This document shows positions 24,852 to 37,300 of a stretch of 64,000 nucleotides of DNA, in pieces. The position numbers and the translations under genes were made by a program. This DNA is from Marsupella aquatica (lineage: Eukaryota > Plantae > Marchantiophyta). The notes under the pieces are model-generated. The model was not told where the DNA came from. It made no database searches and saw only the letters and a list, made by a program, of their open reading frames with translations. Position 1 is the first letter of the stretch, and the number at the start of each line of letters is the position of its first letter. The stretch lies in assembly GCA_973895155.1 (NCBI GenBank), contig OZ316893.1:15840645-15904644 (forward strand), in the 5' to 3' direction.

Positions 24852-25532
24852 ATGGCACGGCCTAAAATTCAAGCCAAAAAGCGTGTGACAGAGGTGAGAA
24901 ACACAGGTGTACTTGGGGCAGATGCTACTAACTTCTCTGCAAGTCAGATTTTCCAGAAGGCAGCTCATTGTTGTGCCATTTGTGACGATGGTGGGGGCCT
25001 GGTCATTTGTGAGGGCCCTTGCATGAGGCATTTCCACCTCAACCCGGAGTCTGACCTTGCTGCAGAAAACAACTGTCCAGGGGTGGGCCTCCCGTCAACA
25101 CACCAGGGAGACTGGATGTGCACTGATTGTTTGGAGAAGCAGGCTAAGTGTGCACAGTGTGGGAAGTTGGGGTCCTATGAGGGCTCTGTTGATGCTGCAG
25201 CAAATGTTAGGAAATGTCCAGACCGTTTTTGTGTGAGATTTTTCTGTTTTGAGTGTTTGCCTGCTCATGCCACAGCTTGCCCACTTCATAGGTGCAAGGC
25301 ATGTGGTGAGCATGATGATGACTACTGGACTGACATAGTCCACTGTGCTAGGTGTCCCACTATGTGGCACTATCATTGCCTGAAAGATCATCAAGCAGAG
25401 GGTTATGCTTGTGACAGAGAAATCTATGATCACTCTGCACATGGTGTTGATCGATGGATATTTTATTGTCATCGCCATGCCATTGATCCTACCTCGCGCA
25501 CTCCTGTGAGAGATCACATATCTTGGTTGTGA
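24852..25532 (+). CDS. Stand-alone EDM2/NSD-type composite PHD-finger protein, 226 aa (CACTA cargo)
   Basis: CAICDDGGGLVICEGPCMRHFH..WMCTDC..CAQCGKLGS..C..FC.RFF..CPLHRCKACG..CARCPTMWHYHCL..WIFYCHRHAIDPTSRTPVRDH follows the EDM2 PHD region motif by motif, as I recall it. Confidence 0.85.
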   Translation: MARPKIQAKKRVTEVRNTGVLGADATNFSASQIFQKAAHCCAICDDGGGLVICEGPCMRHFHLNPESDLAAENNCPGVGLPSTHQGDWMCTDCLEKQAKCAQCGKLGSYEGSVDAAANVRKCPDRFCVRFFCFECLPAHATACPLHRCKACGEHDDDYWTDIVHCARCPTMWHYHCLKDHQAEGYACDREIYDHSAHGVDRWIFYCHRHAIDPTSRTPVRDHISWL

Positions 25533-26118
25533 AGCTGAACATTGTACATGCACAGTGCACCTGATGTGGATGTACTATTTTTTGAGATTGCAGAGATTCC
25601 AATTTTGAAAAGGAGTTGGGTAGGCGAGTTTATATAGGCAGCACTTATCTTGTGCTCTGGCGTCAGTGGCTGGGTACATGCCTATACAAACTTATCCTTA
25701 CAAGCCTTCTTGGAAGTATTTAGGCTGAGTGGTCATTTTCATAAACACTTTCATCACACTGCTAAATTAAAACAGGACTTCTAAGTTGTAAGCGTATAAA
25801 TTATCAGGCATGCAATTAATCAAATTGCCCTATAAGTTTGTCATTGAATGTATCCTCCTTTACAACAAAATATGTATGTGCCATGACAAGTTGGTTGCAC
25901 TTCATTTCACCACGGATATGGATTTTGTAGTATATATTCAAACAATGTCCTACATCCGTGCAGGTGCCTAGTACGTATTGTTCACATATCCCTTGTACCT
26001 ATCAAAATCGGATCTGAGCACCAGTGGGCCAGATCAACTCAAAAAGCAGGAATTTTGTTGTCCTTGTATTGTCAGGTGAACCCATTCTTCCAAAATTCAC
26101 TGTCATCACGTAGGGTGT

Positions 26119-26997
26119 GTGTACATGGAGCCTGGTAAACGTAGAAAGTGTGACCACCCAGCAGTGTTTACAGGGGTCAGAGCGATTTTGGTCCATGGCC
26201 AGCATGGGTTGACCAAAGTGCATTGGCCAACTGTACAGAAACGATTCTCTGAGCTCCATGGCACTGTAGTTCAGGACATCACTCCAGAGACTACACATGT
26301 TGTTGCAGGGACATGGCTATCAGTGATAAAGAAGTGGTCATGGTCCTACATGAATTCTGCAATTACTAAGCAAGGCCTAAAAGTAGTTGAGGCCTCTTGG
26401 ATCACAGATTCCATAGCACATAAGATTGTACAGGATACTGAGCAATATGAGTTGTGGGAGGATGAAGAAGCTAATGCATCAGCTTGGGCTGAACAAGAAG
26501 TCTGGGAAGCAAAGGCACGGCTTGCTGATCTCCAATATGGACCTGTACTCAACAAAGGACAGAGCTCTACAAGGCTGAAGAGTATGTTGGCTGAGGAGAC
26601 GAAGCAACCAACCCCCATTCTGAAAGGGCTGAGCATGGTATTTGTGGAGGCGGGAATTGGAGAGGTTAAGTGCAAAGTGTACAAGTCCACAGTGCTTGAC
26701 CTAGGTGGGACAGTGGAGGAGAATATAACAGAGGACACCACTCATGTCATTACTAAGTCATATCCCAAAGCCTGCCGCAAGTTTGGGAAGGGACACATTC
26801 GCTTTTATGTCATGTCCCATAATGTGTTTGTGGTTTCATATGCTTGGCTTGTGGAATCAGTAGCAGCTGGGAAGCGTCAAAACCCAATGGACTATGATCT
26901 TTTTGAGGCCTGGCCACGGAAGGGTCAGGATCCTTACAGAGAGGACTATGAGACAACAAGTGAGGAATGGGTCATTAGCGATTCTGAATCAGAGTGA
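26119..26997 (+). CDS. Tandem BRCT-domain protein, about 290 aa, with DNA polymerase lambda-like BRCTs (CACTA cargo)
   Basis: Two repeats: VFTGVRAILV..GTVVQDITPETTHVV..VVEASWITDSI..YEL and ILKGLSMVFVEAGI..LGGTVEENITEDTTHVI..VVSYAWLVESVAAGKRQNPMDYDL. The ORF is intact. Confidence 0.85.
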   Translation: MYMEPGKRRKCDHPAVFTGVRAILVHGQHGLTKVHWPTVQKRFSELHGTVVQDITPETTHVVAGTWLSVIKKWSWSYMNSAITKQGLKVVEASWITDSIAHKIVQDTEQYELWEDEEANASAWAEQEVWEAKARLADLQYGPVLNKGQSSTRLKSMLAEETKQPTPILKGLSMVFVEAGIGEVKCKVYKSTVLDLGGTVEENITEDTTHVITKSYPKACRKFGKGHIRFYVMSHNVFVVSYAWLVESVAAGKRQNPMDYDLFEAWPRKGQDPYREDYETTSEEWVISDSESE

Positions 26998-27430
26998 GGA
27001 GTAGTAGCATCAGTTTGGACACAAGTTTTTTTGTATAAATCAGATCATTGAAATAAATGTGATCTTTGAACTAATGTACCTTGTTATGGTTGGTGGCAGT
27101 TGGGCTTATTTTACTGTTGGCGGATTGTTGTTTCCTGCTGCCTGGGGTTGTCACTGTAAACGTACATGCAGAGGCGGTACATTTGAGGACAGCGGAGGAG
27201 GTGGTGACACCCTCCAACATTTAGAAATTTTGTGTCATTCACTTGACAATAGGTACACTACTTGCGAACCTGTTTTTTTCTTTTGGGGTGGTTTAGGGTT
27301 TGTGAGAATTTAGTACACGTTATGTTAACTCTTTTGGCAGATACAGTCAGGGATATATGGAACACAAATACCACCATTAGGCATCCTTGTTCACTGCTGT
27401 CCATGACTGCAGAGCTCCCAGCCTGTTACA

Positions 27431-30400
27431 ATGCACCCTGGTCACCACCCTCCCCAGACCCAGCCCAGGGCACAGGCACTGCCTTTGCATCATCCCACAA
27501 GGATATCACGCCATGATAATAAGCTTTGGCAGCGTGAAAGGTTACGAACCAGACTTTCAGGAGCCAGTAGGATGAGATGTCCTTGTGCAATCTGCCAAGG
27601 ATCCCGTGCCAGGGGTCTGAATGAGGTTTGGCGGCATATCGCGGTTCATGGAAGAGATCCACGACATCGAGTTTGGAATGATCCTGCAGAGGAAGATTCT
27701 TCCGACGAGGAGTGGAGGTTAGAATTTGATGCTGCCAATGCTGCAAGACGGGCAAGTGAGGTTCTGCCTGGTGCATTTGAAAATGTTGTAGCTGGTCTCT
27801 GTGGGTTGTCAGCTCTCCAACGGGATGGTGCTCAGGCAGCACCACGTGACGAAGGAATTCATGTGGAAGAGATGGTGAGAGACATCTTCCAAGACTTGGA
27901 TGCATTTCATGATGGGCTGGACAATGAAGAGGATACGGCTGCAGATGCAAGTGTGCCCCCTGTCGAAGAGCCTCTTGATGAGTTTGAGATAGGGCAGGAA
28001 ACCCCTGGGCATGATGGGATGTTTGGCTCTCCCCTGCAAATACAGGAAGGCAGGAAGTCTTTGTACCCCGGTAGCAAATGTTCTAAACTGGGATTTGTCA
28101 TCATGTTCCTGAACATTTGCGGCAACCACAATGTCCCCAACGTTTTGGTTTCTGAGTTGTTGGCATTCTTGCGAACAATTGTGCTACCAGATGGTAATAT
28201 TTTGCCCAAGAACATGTACGAGGCAAAAAGATGCATATCTAATCTTGGATTGAACTATGATTCGATCCATGCCTGTCCTGATGGGCATGTTCTTTTCAGA
28301 AAGGAGTATAAAGAATCGTTGACATGCCCTAAGTGTGGGAAGCACAGGTATCGGAACTCAGGAAAGTCTATGGTTCCCGCCAAGGTACTTCGTCATTTTC
28401 CACTCATTCCCAGACTTCAGCGGATGTTCAGAAGCCGTGCCATCTCGGAGATGATGACTTGGGCAACTGACAAGAAAAGTGATGATGGGCTACAACGACA
28501 TGCTGCAGATTCAAGGCAATGGAAACTCATAGATGAGATGTATCCCGAATTTGCTGCTGAGCCGAGGAATGTCAGACTTGGGCTGTCATTGGATGGGGTA
28601 AACCCATTTGGAGACAAGAACAACAAATTTTCATGCTGGCCTGTAACTATTTTGAATTATAACCTTCCTCCTTGGATGACTACAAAGCAATTTTTTGTTC
28701 AGATGGTCCTACTGATACCAGGGCCAGACAGTGCTGTATCTGCCAACATAGATGTGTTTCTGGCTCCCCTAGTGGAGGAATTGAGAAAGCTTTGGGAGGA
28801 AGGAGTTCTCACATATGATGTCCTACAGAGGCTTGGGAGGTTAAACCCATTCATCCTTAGAGCCATTGTCATTCTGACTATAGCTGACTACCCAGCCCAT
28901 GGGATGATATCAGGCCAAACAACAAAAGGATATTGTGCTTGTACTATCTGTGGGCGCAATGTCACCAGTGAGTACTCCAGAGCCCTGCAGAAAGTGATAT
29001 ACATGGGCCATCGTCGTTTTCTGAAGACAGATCACCCTTACAGAGAAAGACAGGCACTGATTGCACACTTTGGCAATGAGATTGAGCAACGTGGACCCCC
29101 GGCACGAGTGACCAAAGAGGAGATCAGGCAGTGGGGAGCACTGAGGGATGACTATATCAAACGAGGGGGCAGGGAAGATGGAGTGAGTGATCCAATAAAG
29201 CGATATGGTGTAAAAAGACTGAGCATATTGGACTTGGAGCTCAAGTACTGGAGGGTAAGCCTCTTGGAGTTGATGCTAATTGGGATACATGTTTTGGTTC
29301 AGAGCATGTGCATTCATTTCGAAGAGAGACTAAACTTGAGGCATTTCCTGACGCTTTTGCATTGCAACGATGCAGGAGTTTGAGCCAAGCAAACATAACA
29401 TTGATGTTATGCACATTGAAAAGAATATTTGTGAGAGTCTACTCAGATTCTTGTGTGGAGAGAAAGACACTGGTTCAGTGAGATTGGATCTTGAACAGAG
29501 GGGAATGAAACCCCATCTTTGGTTGAGGCCACATGCCCACAGAGCTGATGTGCTCTTGAAGTACCAAGCGCCCTATGTTCTGACAGACACAGAGTGGGAA
29601 CTATTTGTGCAGAGGTTGAGTTCTTTGAAGGTTCCTTCAAACTATGGCAGTGCTTTCAAGAAGCATATCATGACTAGAAAGCTTGGTAGTATGAAAAGCC
29701 ATGACTACCATATGTTGATGCAACAGGTGTTGCCTTTATGCCTGAGGGGCCTGTTGCAGAAGCCTGTTCGTACTGTGATCATGCGACTCAGTGATGTGTT
29801 TCGTCGTATTTGTGTGAAGGTTTGGGATGAAACACACTTCCCACAACTGACAGAAGATGTCGCTCAGGTGCTGTGTGACCTGGAGATTTATTTTCCTCCC
29901 GCATTTTTTGATGTCATGACCCACCTACTTGTCCATGTTGTGGAAGAGCTACACCAATTTGGGCCTGTGAGTGCTCGTTGGTTGTACCCTTTGGAACGGT
30001 ACATGAAGCTACTCAAAGGTCACGTGAGAACATATTACAAACCTGAAGCAAGCATGGCTAAAGGTTACATCAAGGATGAGACTCTGGGATTTCTGACCGA
30101 ATACATAGCACAATATGAGCATGTGAAGACCAGGGTGTGGAATTCTGATGAGGAGGAAGGGGTGGTAGGTGAAGTACTGGAAGGGGCTGCAACCACAAAG
30201 AACCTGACCATATCTATGAGAGACTTGGCACATGACTTTGTATTGCACAACACTGTGGTGATGGAACCCTGGATACAGTGAGTGCATACATGTGCTATAA
30301 TCCAGTTCATGAGCTTAAATGTTGTGTTCGTGTGGTTTTCTCCTTCAGCCTGTTCATGTTTACCCAAGCTAATGCTGTGTGGTTGTTCGTTCAGGGAGTA

Positions 30401-31160
30401 TGAGTCATTGAAGGCGGCCCATCCCATTGCAGGAACAACTTTTCCAGGTTTCATGGAGTGGATCAGAGTGGCAATTAGAGAGCATCACGAGACCCACCCA
30501 GACATGGATGCAGATGTTTACCTACTGTCTAATGCCCCTAGCCTGAAAGTGAAGACTTACAAACGGATGAGAGCATATGGGAATCACTTCCGAGTGAAGG
30601 ATGGTGACAGTGCCTACAGGGTGACGAATGACTGCGGGCTCATCACTGTATTTGAGCAACAGAGCCACAATCACGACAGGGCCTGGATGGAGATGGGATA
30701 TGTGGGAGAATTAGTTGACATATGGGCTCTGGACTATGGGGCGGTGTCCAGTCCTGTGATTCTTATGAAAGGTTCATGGGTGCGGCAGGATTGGCTTGGT
30801 AACAGGGCTACCATGAAGAGAGACAACGACGGTTTCTTGCTGGCCAATTTCAGAGGGAAATTGCCCGAATGGTCTGAGCCATTTGTGTTTCCTAGTCAGG
30901 TGGAGCAAGCTTTCTTCCTGGATGTGGAAGACTCCCCAGGTTGGCGTGTAGTGTGTCATAAACAGGCCAGGCAACGCCGGATGGAAGGATCAAACCTTGA
31001 GTTTCATTTACACTCTCATAGTGCCTTTGATCATCGGCGTTCAGACCAAGTGCCTGTAGTTCATGATAGCGGGGACTTCATTCCTGTGACAAGGGTAGAT
31101 GCATTTGCTGAAGGAGGCGAATTCAGAGATGCAGATGCCAACAGTGTGCCTGTGCCATGA
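27431..31160 (+). CDS. CACTA TnpD/Tnp2 transposase (Transposase_21, DUF4218, DUF4216); 3 exons, about 1163 aa, apparently intact
   Basis: Exons 27431-29254, 29376-30277 and 30395-31160 join in frame across GT-AG introns. Motifs: RNVRLGLSLDGVNPF, ADYPA, HNIDVMHIEKN, MKSHDYH, FPPAFFDVMTHL, RWLYPLERY and EPFVFPSQVEQAFF. Confidence 0.93.
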
Positions 31161-31317
31161 GTAATGTGAATTGTTTGCATAGACATTAGTGAGGGGAAGG
31201 ATGTGTAATAAAGTAATTCTGAAGCAACACAGATGTATGGATGGATGCCTGGTGATTGTGGTTGCATTGTGTTATACGGGGTGACCATAGATGACATGTT
31301 TTTGTGGTCCAGTAGGA

Positions 31318-34300
31318 TGGAACAGAGTGACACAGAGATGTGTGAGTATGAAAGGAAAGCTATGGAACAACGAGCATACGTGAAAGCCAAAATCGCAGAA
31401 CTGGATCTGGAAAAGGATGTGGCTGAATTGTAAGGGAACGATTCTCAACTACACCCCTCCGCTGAGTTTGTGTGACATGAATAGTTCAATGTGGCACTGA
31501 AATTGTGACTGTATTCTCATATTGGAATGTCGCAGAGCCACAGCATTTTCAAAGAAACAAAAGGAGTACGCAAGAAGGGTGACCAGCACTATCTCTGGGC
31601 CTGTGCGTCGGAGTGACAGGTTGAGCAAGAAGGTCGTACCTACAATGGCAGAATGTGGAGATGACATTGATGCTGCACAGGTGGGTGCAGACACTAGACA
31701 AGAAGATGCAGATGATGAGTATTTTCCAGAGGAAATGGATGAGGATGGGGGTTATGAAGATGAATACATTGCAGAGCAGCCCCAAAAGAAACATGTAAGT
31801 AGTTTTCCCAACAAGGTTTTGAGTTAAAAACTCTTGTTTATGTTGTGATAGACAACTAAAGGAACACTCAAAGATACTCCAACAAGATAGATCCATTACT
31901 ATTGATGAGGGGATATATATATCCCCTTGGTTACATGGTAGGCAAATGCCCTTATACTGGTCCTATGGTTAGGAGTTCTCATACTATGGTTAAGGGTTCT
32001 CGCCCTATGGTTAAGGGGTAAACTAGGGTTTACAACACTCCCCCTTGGTTAGTTTATGGAGGAGCATAAAGTAACCACATCTCTTGAACCTAGGGTATAA
32101 TCCGGTTTAGGGGTCCACCTGTGTGATGTAGCCTCATTAAAACCTCGCCGCTTTCTTCTCGAGGAAAGAGTGCTACCATCACTTATATAGGTGGTTTCCC
32201 ATATCTAATGTCCTGGTTAAGCCTTTTTGCCATGTCTTAGTTAGTGTTAATCGTATGTGCTAAGTGGGGTTATGTGAATGTTCCTAATGGGTGTCTAGTC
32301 TCCCCCTCAGCTCGTTGCCTGGTGTGCGCCTCGTGTTGTTCTTCATGTCGTTTTGCGTATTGCGCTTCGCTTCGTGTTGTGCTTTGGGTTAGTGAGGCCA
32401 AGTCGGGCGTTTTTGCGTTGGTTTGCGTTGTTTCACGTCGGGGATGTGGTGTGGCGCTCGCCGAGTGTGGTGGTCGGGCATCTGGAGGCGGCTTCATCGG
32501 GCGACAGCTTCGTCGTTGGGTAATCCTTTCGAGCTTCAGTGTTATGAGGTGGGCTTGATCGTGGACAATCTGCTCATGCCTATGCCTTCGAGGTGCGCTC
32601 TGTGCAATCCGGCTGGTAGTGGTTTCGTAAACATGTCTGCTCGATTGTCCTGAGATTTGATCCATGCAACATTGATACTTTTCCCTTGTTGTTCTTGCGT
32701 GAAGAAATACTTGGGGTCAATATGCTTGGTCCTCTCGGTCTTCAGGATTCCGTTGGTTATCTGGTCGATACACGCCTTATTGTCTTCGTAGATTGTGGTT
32801 GGCTCTGTTATCTGTGGTTTACCGGTGCTGGACCTAATATGATTGATAATGCTTCGTAGCCATACAGCTTCTCTGCACGCCTCGTATAACGCTATGATTT
32901 CCGAGTGGTTGGATGACGTTGTGGTCATTGTTTGCTTTGAACTTCGCCAAGATATTGCTGTCGTCCCCTGTAAGAACACGTACCCAGTCTGTGATTTGGA
33001 GTCCTGGGGGTCCGACAGGTAGCCGGCATCAGTGTAACCGGTAAGCGTATCGGGGCTATTCTTAGGAAAGAATAGTCCAAGGTCGATCGTCCCTTGTAGG
33101 TATCTCATGATCCTCTTGATGCCGTTCCAATGCCTGATGGTGGGCTGTGCGCTGTGTCTCGCTAAGAGACTGACGGCGAACGATATGTCAGGTCTCGTCT
33201 GGTTCGCTAGATACATAAGGGCGCCCACCGCTGATAGGTACGGTTTTTCTGATCCCAGTATGGATTCGTCTTCTTGGCGCTTCCGAAACATATCTTTGAT
33301 CGGGTCTAGAGATCTGAGTTCCATCGGGGTGGAGACAGGGTAGGATTTCTGCATGTTGAATTGATGAAGTATCTTCTGCGTGTATGTCGATTGGTAAAGG
33401 AATATGCCTGTTTCTAAGTGTTCGATCTGCAGGCCTAGGCAGTGGTTGGGTCTTCCAAGGTCCTTCATCTCGAAGACTCCTTTCAGTGTATGTATTGTGT
33501 CTTTCATCATCTGTTTAGTCCCGAATAAGTTCACATCGTCCACGTACAGTGCTAGTATCAGGACTTCGTCCATATGCTTTTTGATGAAGATGCAGGGGGC
33601 CAGTCCGCTATTTGTAAATCCGAGGGCGAGCATCTCTGTCTGGAATTTCTGATACCAGATTCTGCCGCTCTGTTTAAGTCCGTTGATGGAACGTAACACT
33701 TGGACTGTAAGTTTTGTTGTTAATTTCTTTCCTCTGGTATGCATTGCCTGTGTATTTCCACTTTGCATCAAGAGGGCCTTTGTATCCCCATCAGGTATTA
33801 TTTGGCTGATGCCCTTTTTAATCTCTGTATTCAGGTTCTGGGACGTCTCCCCCTGAATGTGCTGCTTGACCCTCTCTATCAGTTCCGGGGGGGCAGTCAT
33901 GTATATCTCAGTATCGAGTGTGCCGTAAAGGTACGCGGTTACCACGTCCATAAGGTTATTAACCAGTTTATGGTGGACTGAATGTGCTGTGAGATAGCGA
34001 TATGTAGTAGCGTCCATTACTGGTGAGTATGTTAAATCGTAGTCCCTGCCCGGGATTTGTGTGTAGCCTTTGGCTACTAGCCGGGCTCGATATCTTACTA
34101 CTATGCCTTTCTCATTTCGTTTTTTCAAGAATGTAAATCGAGAGTCGGTGTAATGTGTACCTGGTAATGCCATTTTAAATGGTCCGAATACTTGTCGCTT
34201 GATGAGGGCGTCCATCTCGGTATGTATTGCTGCTTGCCACTTTGGCCAATCTGGTTGTTTCTTTGCCTCGTTTATAGTGAGCGGATCAGGAATATCGTTG

Positions 34301-37300
34301 GTGATTTCCTGTATTACGTTATAGGCAAATTGTTCATCAATTTGGGTTGTCGGTCGTTTATATATGTTACCTGTTTGCATGTATGTGATTGACATTTCCT
34401 CGTTTTCTTCGCTCAGTGGGTCGTTTTGATTTATCGCTGTCACGTTAAGTGTGATCGCTGGTTCCAGCGCGGGTGTACCCAAGTTTGCTGCTGGAGTTTT
34501 ACGTTGGCGAGGCTGGGAGTCCTTGATCCCTGGTGGTCTGCCTCGCTTTGCTCTGGGGGCTGTTACATTGGCCGGTGTCGAGGAGGTTTGTACTCGCGAT
34601 GGCGCATTAGCTGCTAAGTTGTGGGATCTTGTGACATTTGCAGCGTCGTTAAATGAGTCTGGAATCTTTTCGAGCATTTCATGTAGGTGGAGAAGTCTTC
34701 TGACTTCTTCGTCTGCCTGCTTGGTTCTGGGGTCATTTCTGTTTTGGTCTGCTTTCCAATTTATGGGCATTTTCGTTGTGTCCTTGGATTGTGTTGATGC
34801 TGTATTCGTGAGCTGTGGGAATTGATCTTCATAAAAATGGCAGTCCTGATGTCTTGCCTTGAACAGGTCTGCCGTTGTCGGTTCAAGGTATCTAATGATC
34901 GAAGTAGAGTCAAACCCAACATAGATACCTGCATTCCGTTGGGGTCCGAGTTTTGTTCTCTTTGGTCCTAAGATAGGCACCATTACCTGGCATCCGAAAA
35001 TGCGTAGGTGGGACAGGTCCGGTGGTATGCCGAACGCCAGGTGGTATGGTGTCTTAGAGTTATATGCTGACGGTCTATATTGGATTAGTGCAGCTGCGTG
35101 AAGGATGGCATGTCCCCATGCTGATGTGGGTAAGTTTGACTTCATTAACAGTGGTCTTGCCACCATTTGAAGTCTCTTAATAACCGACTCAGCTATACCG
35201 TTCTGAAAATGAACGTGGGGAACTGGATATTGAGTATCGATGCCCGCTGCCCAGCAAAAGTCGTCGAATGTTCTTGATGTGAACTCGCCAGCTCCATCTA
35301 CTCTTAATCTTCTTGTAGGATACTCTGGGAACTGTGCTCTTAATTTAAGAATATGTGCTAAGATCCGCGCAAATGCCAAGTTGCGGGTAGATAGCAATGA
35401 AATCTGCAGCCATTTAGTTGATGAGTCGATGATTACCAGGAAATATTTGAAAGGGCCGCTCGGGGGGTCTATAGGTCCGCAGATATCTGCATTGATCTGC
35501 TCTAGGAACTGTGGTATTGAAAATATTGTTTTTGGTATTGATGGTCGTATGGTCATTTTTCCTTGTGAGCACGCTATGCAGGCTGTTTTTACCTTTGGCT
35601 TGACTGTCTTGGGGATTCCTTTGGAGTCCCTTATAATCCTGTTGTACATAGTGGTACCCGGGTGGCCCAGTCGACAGTGCCAGATGTATGTCATATCCTC
35701 TGATTCTTGGTGTATATGGAATGTTTGGATACTGGTTGCGTATAGGCCTGGGGGGATCAATGCAAATGTTTCTTTAATGGATGGCTTACCCTGTATGTCT
35801 TGTATGATCTGTAATGTCTCTGTTTTGCCCTGAGTATTCGTGCGCAGTTGGAGGTTATTGGATCTGATATCCTGGAAGCTGATGAGGTTTCGGGTTGCTT
35901 TCGGGGCATAAATTGCTGACTTCACGGTGATTTTAGTTCCTCCTGGTAGTATAAATGTGGCTCGTCCTTTGCCTTCTTCTATATGATTAAGTCCTGCTAT
36001 GGTGGTGATAGCGCGGGATGATGGGGTGATGGCCTCGAAATACTTGCTGTGTTTTAAGATAGTATGTGAGGTTCCGCTGTCGATGATGCCCGTATCGGGG
36101 TCGTCTAATGTCGGGTATTTCCAGTCAGTAAGAGAGGTATGTACTTCTATCTGTTCTTGTGTTTCTTCTCTCTGAGAGGCAATCAATTCTTCTTCTATCT
36201 CCATATAATGTCCTTGGGGGTTTTGTCTGGACTTATTTCTGTCGTTTATGTATCTGTGGGCCTCTTGTTCTGTGGCTGCACATGCGTTTCTAATGTGGCC
36301 AATTTTGCCACATCGGTAACACATTTTCTGGGAATTGTTTGCAGTGTCGTATTGGTTGCTTCGTCCTCTTCCTCTATTATTCATGGTGCCTTTGCGCCAC
36401 GTGTTATTGGATCCGGAGGGTCGGTTATAAGGTTTGCCTTGTCCTCTGAATTGATTTCTCCCGCCCCTGAATTGGTTTCTTCCGCCTCTGAATTGAGTTC
36501 GTCCGCCCCGGTAATTTCCTCGTTGTTTGTCTTCATAATTGGTGTAGTGGGTTTCAGGTCGATGTGGTGGGGGGTCTGATCCTGCTGGGCGCTTTCTGGC
36601 GTTTTGCAAGGCCACGATCTGTTGCTTCTCTTCCACAAGTAAGTGAGCAATCAGATCTGAGTACTTAGTGAAACGCATGTTCCTATATTGTGTACCTAAT
36701 GTGATATTAGATTCAGGGAATGTCGATAGTGTCTTATCGATTCTATCTATGTCATTTATTGGATGTCCACACATTTCTAATTGAGATGTAATTCTGCACA
36801 GTGCGCTATTGTAATTGGCAATTGTGGTGTGGTCCATGACGCGCAGGTTATGCCAATCCCTTCTTGCCTCTGGGAGCCATATCTCCCTCATATGATCAAA
36901 TCGGGCTTTGAGGAGATCCCATAGTTTTCTTGGATTAATTTCGTTCATATACTCATTCTTTAGTTGAGGGGTTAGATGTTGCCTGAGTAGAAACGCTGCC
37001 TTAGCCTTTTGTTTGAGCGTGACATCGATGTCGGTATCTAAGGTGTCTTCAAGGTCTTGTGATGTAAAGTAAGTTTCGACATCTGTGATCCACGTCAAAT
37101 AGTTGGATCCGTCGACTTTAAGTGCTGGCCATAATAATTTTTCGACTGTATTCATTATTCGGGATGTCAGTTGATTTAAGAACTTTGGTGAAGATTGAAT
37201 CGAGTGAAGTATCTCGATTGTACAATTGACCGGTTGGAAGCTTGTATATGGAGCTGAGGGAGCTTTCAATCATGCCAATAAAGTATTAGTCCTTTGGACT

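Noticed and set aside
32270-32665. Extra ORF downstream of Copia pol
   Set aside because: It overlaps the pol end, has low-complexity composition and no domain; probably 3' UTR.
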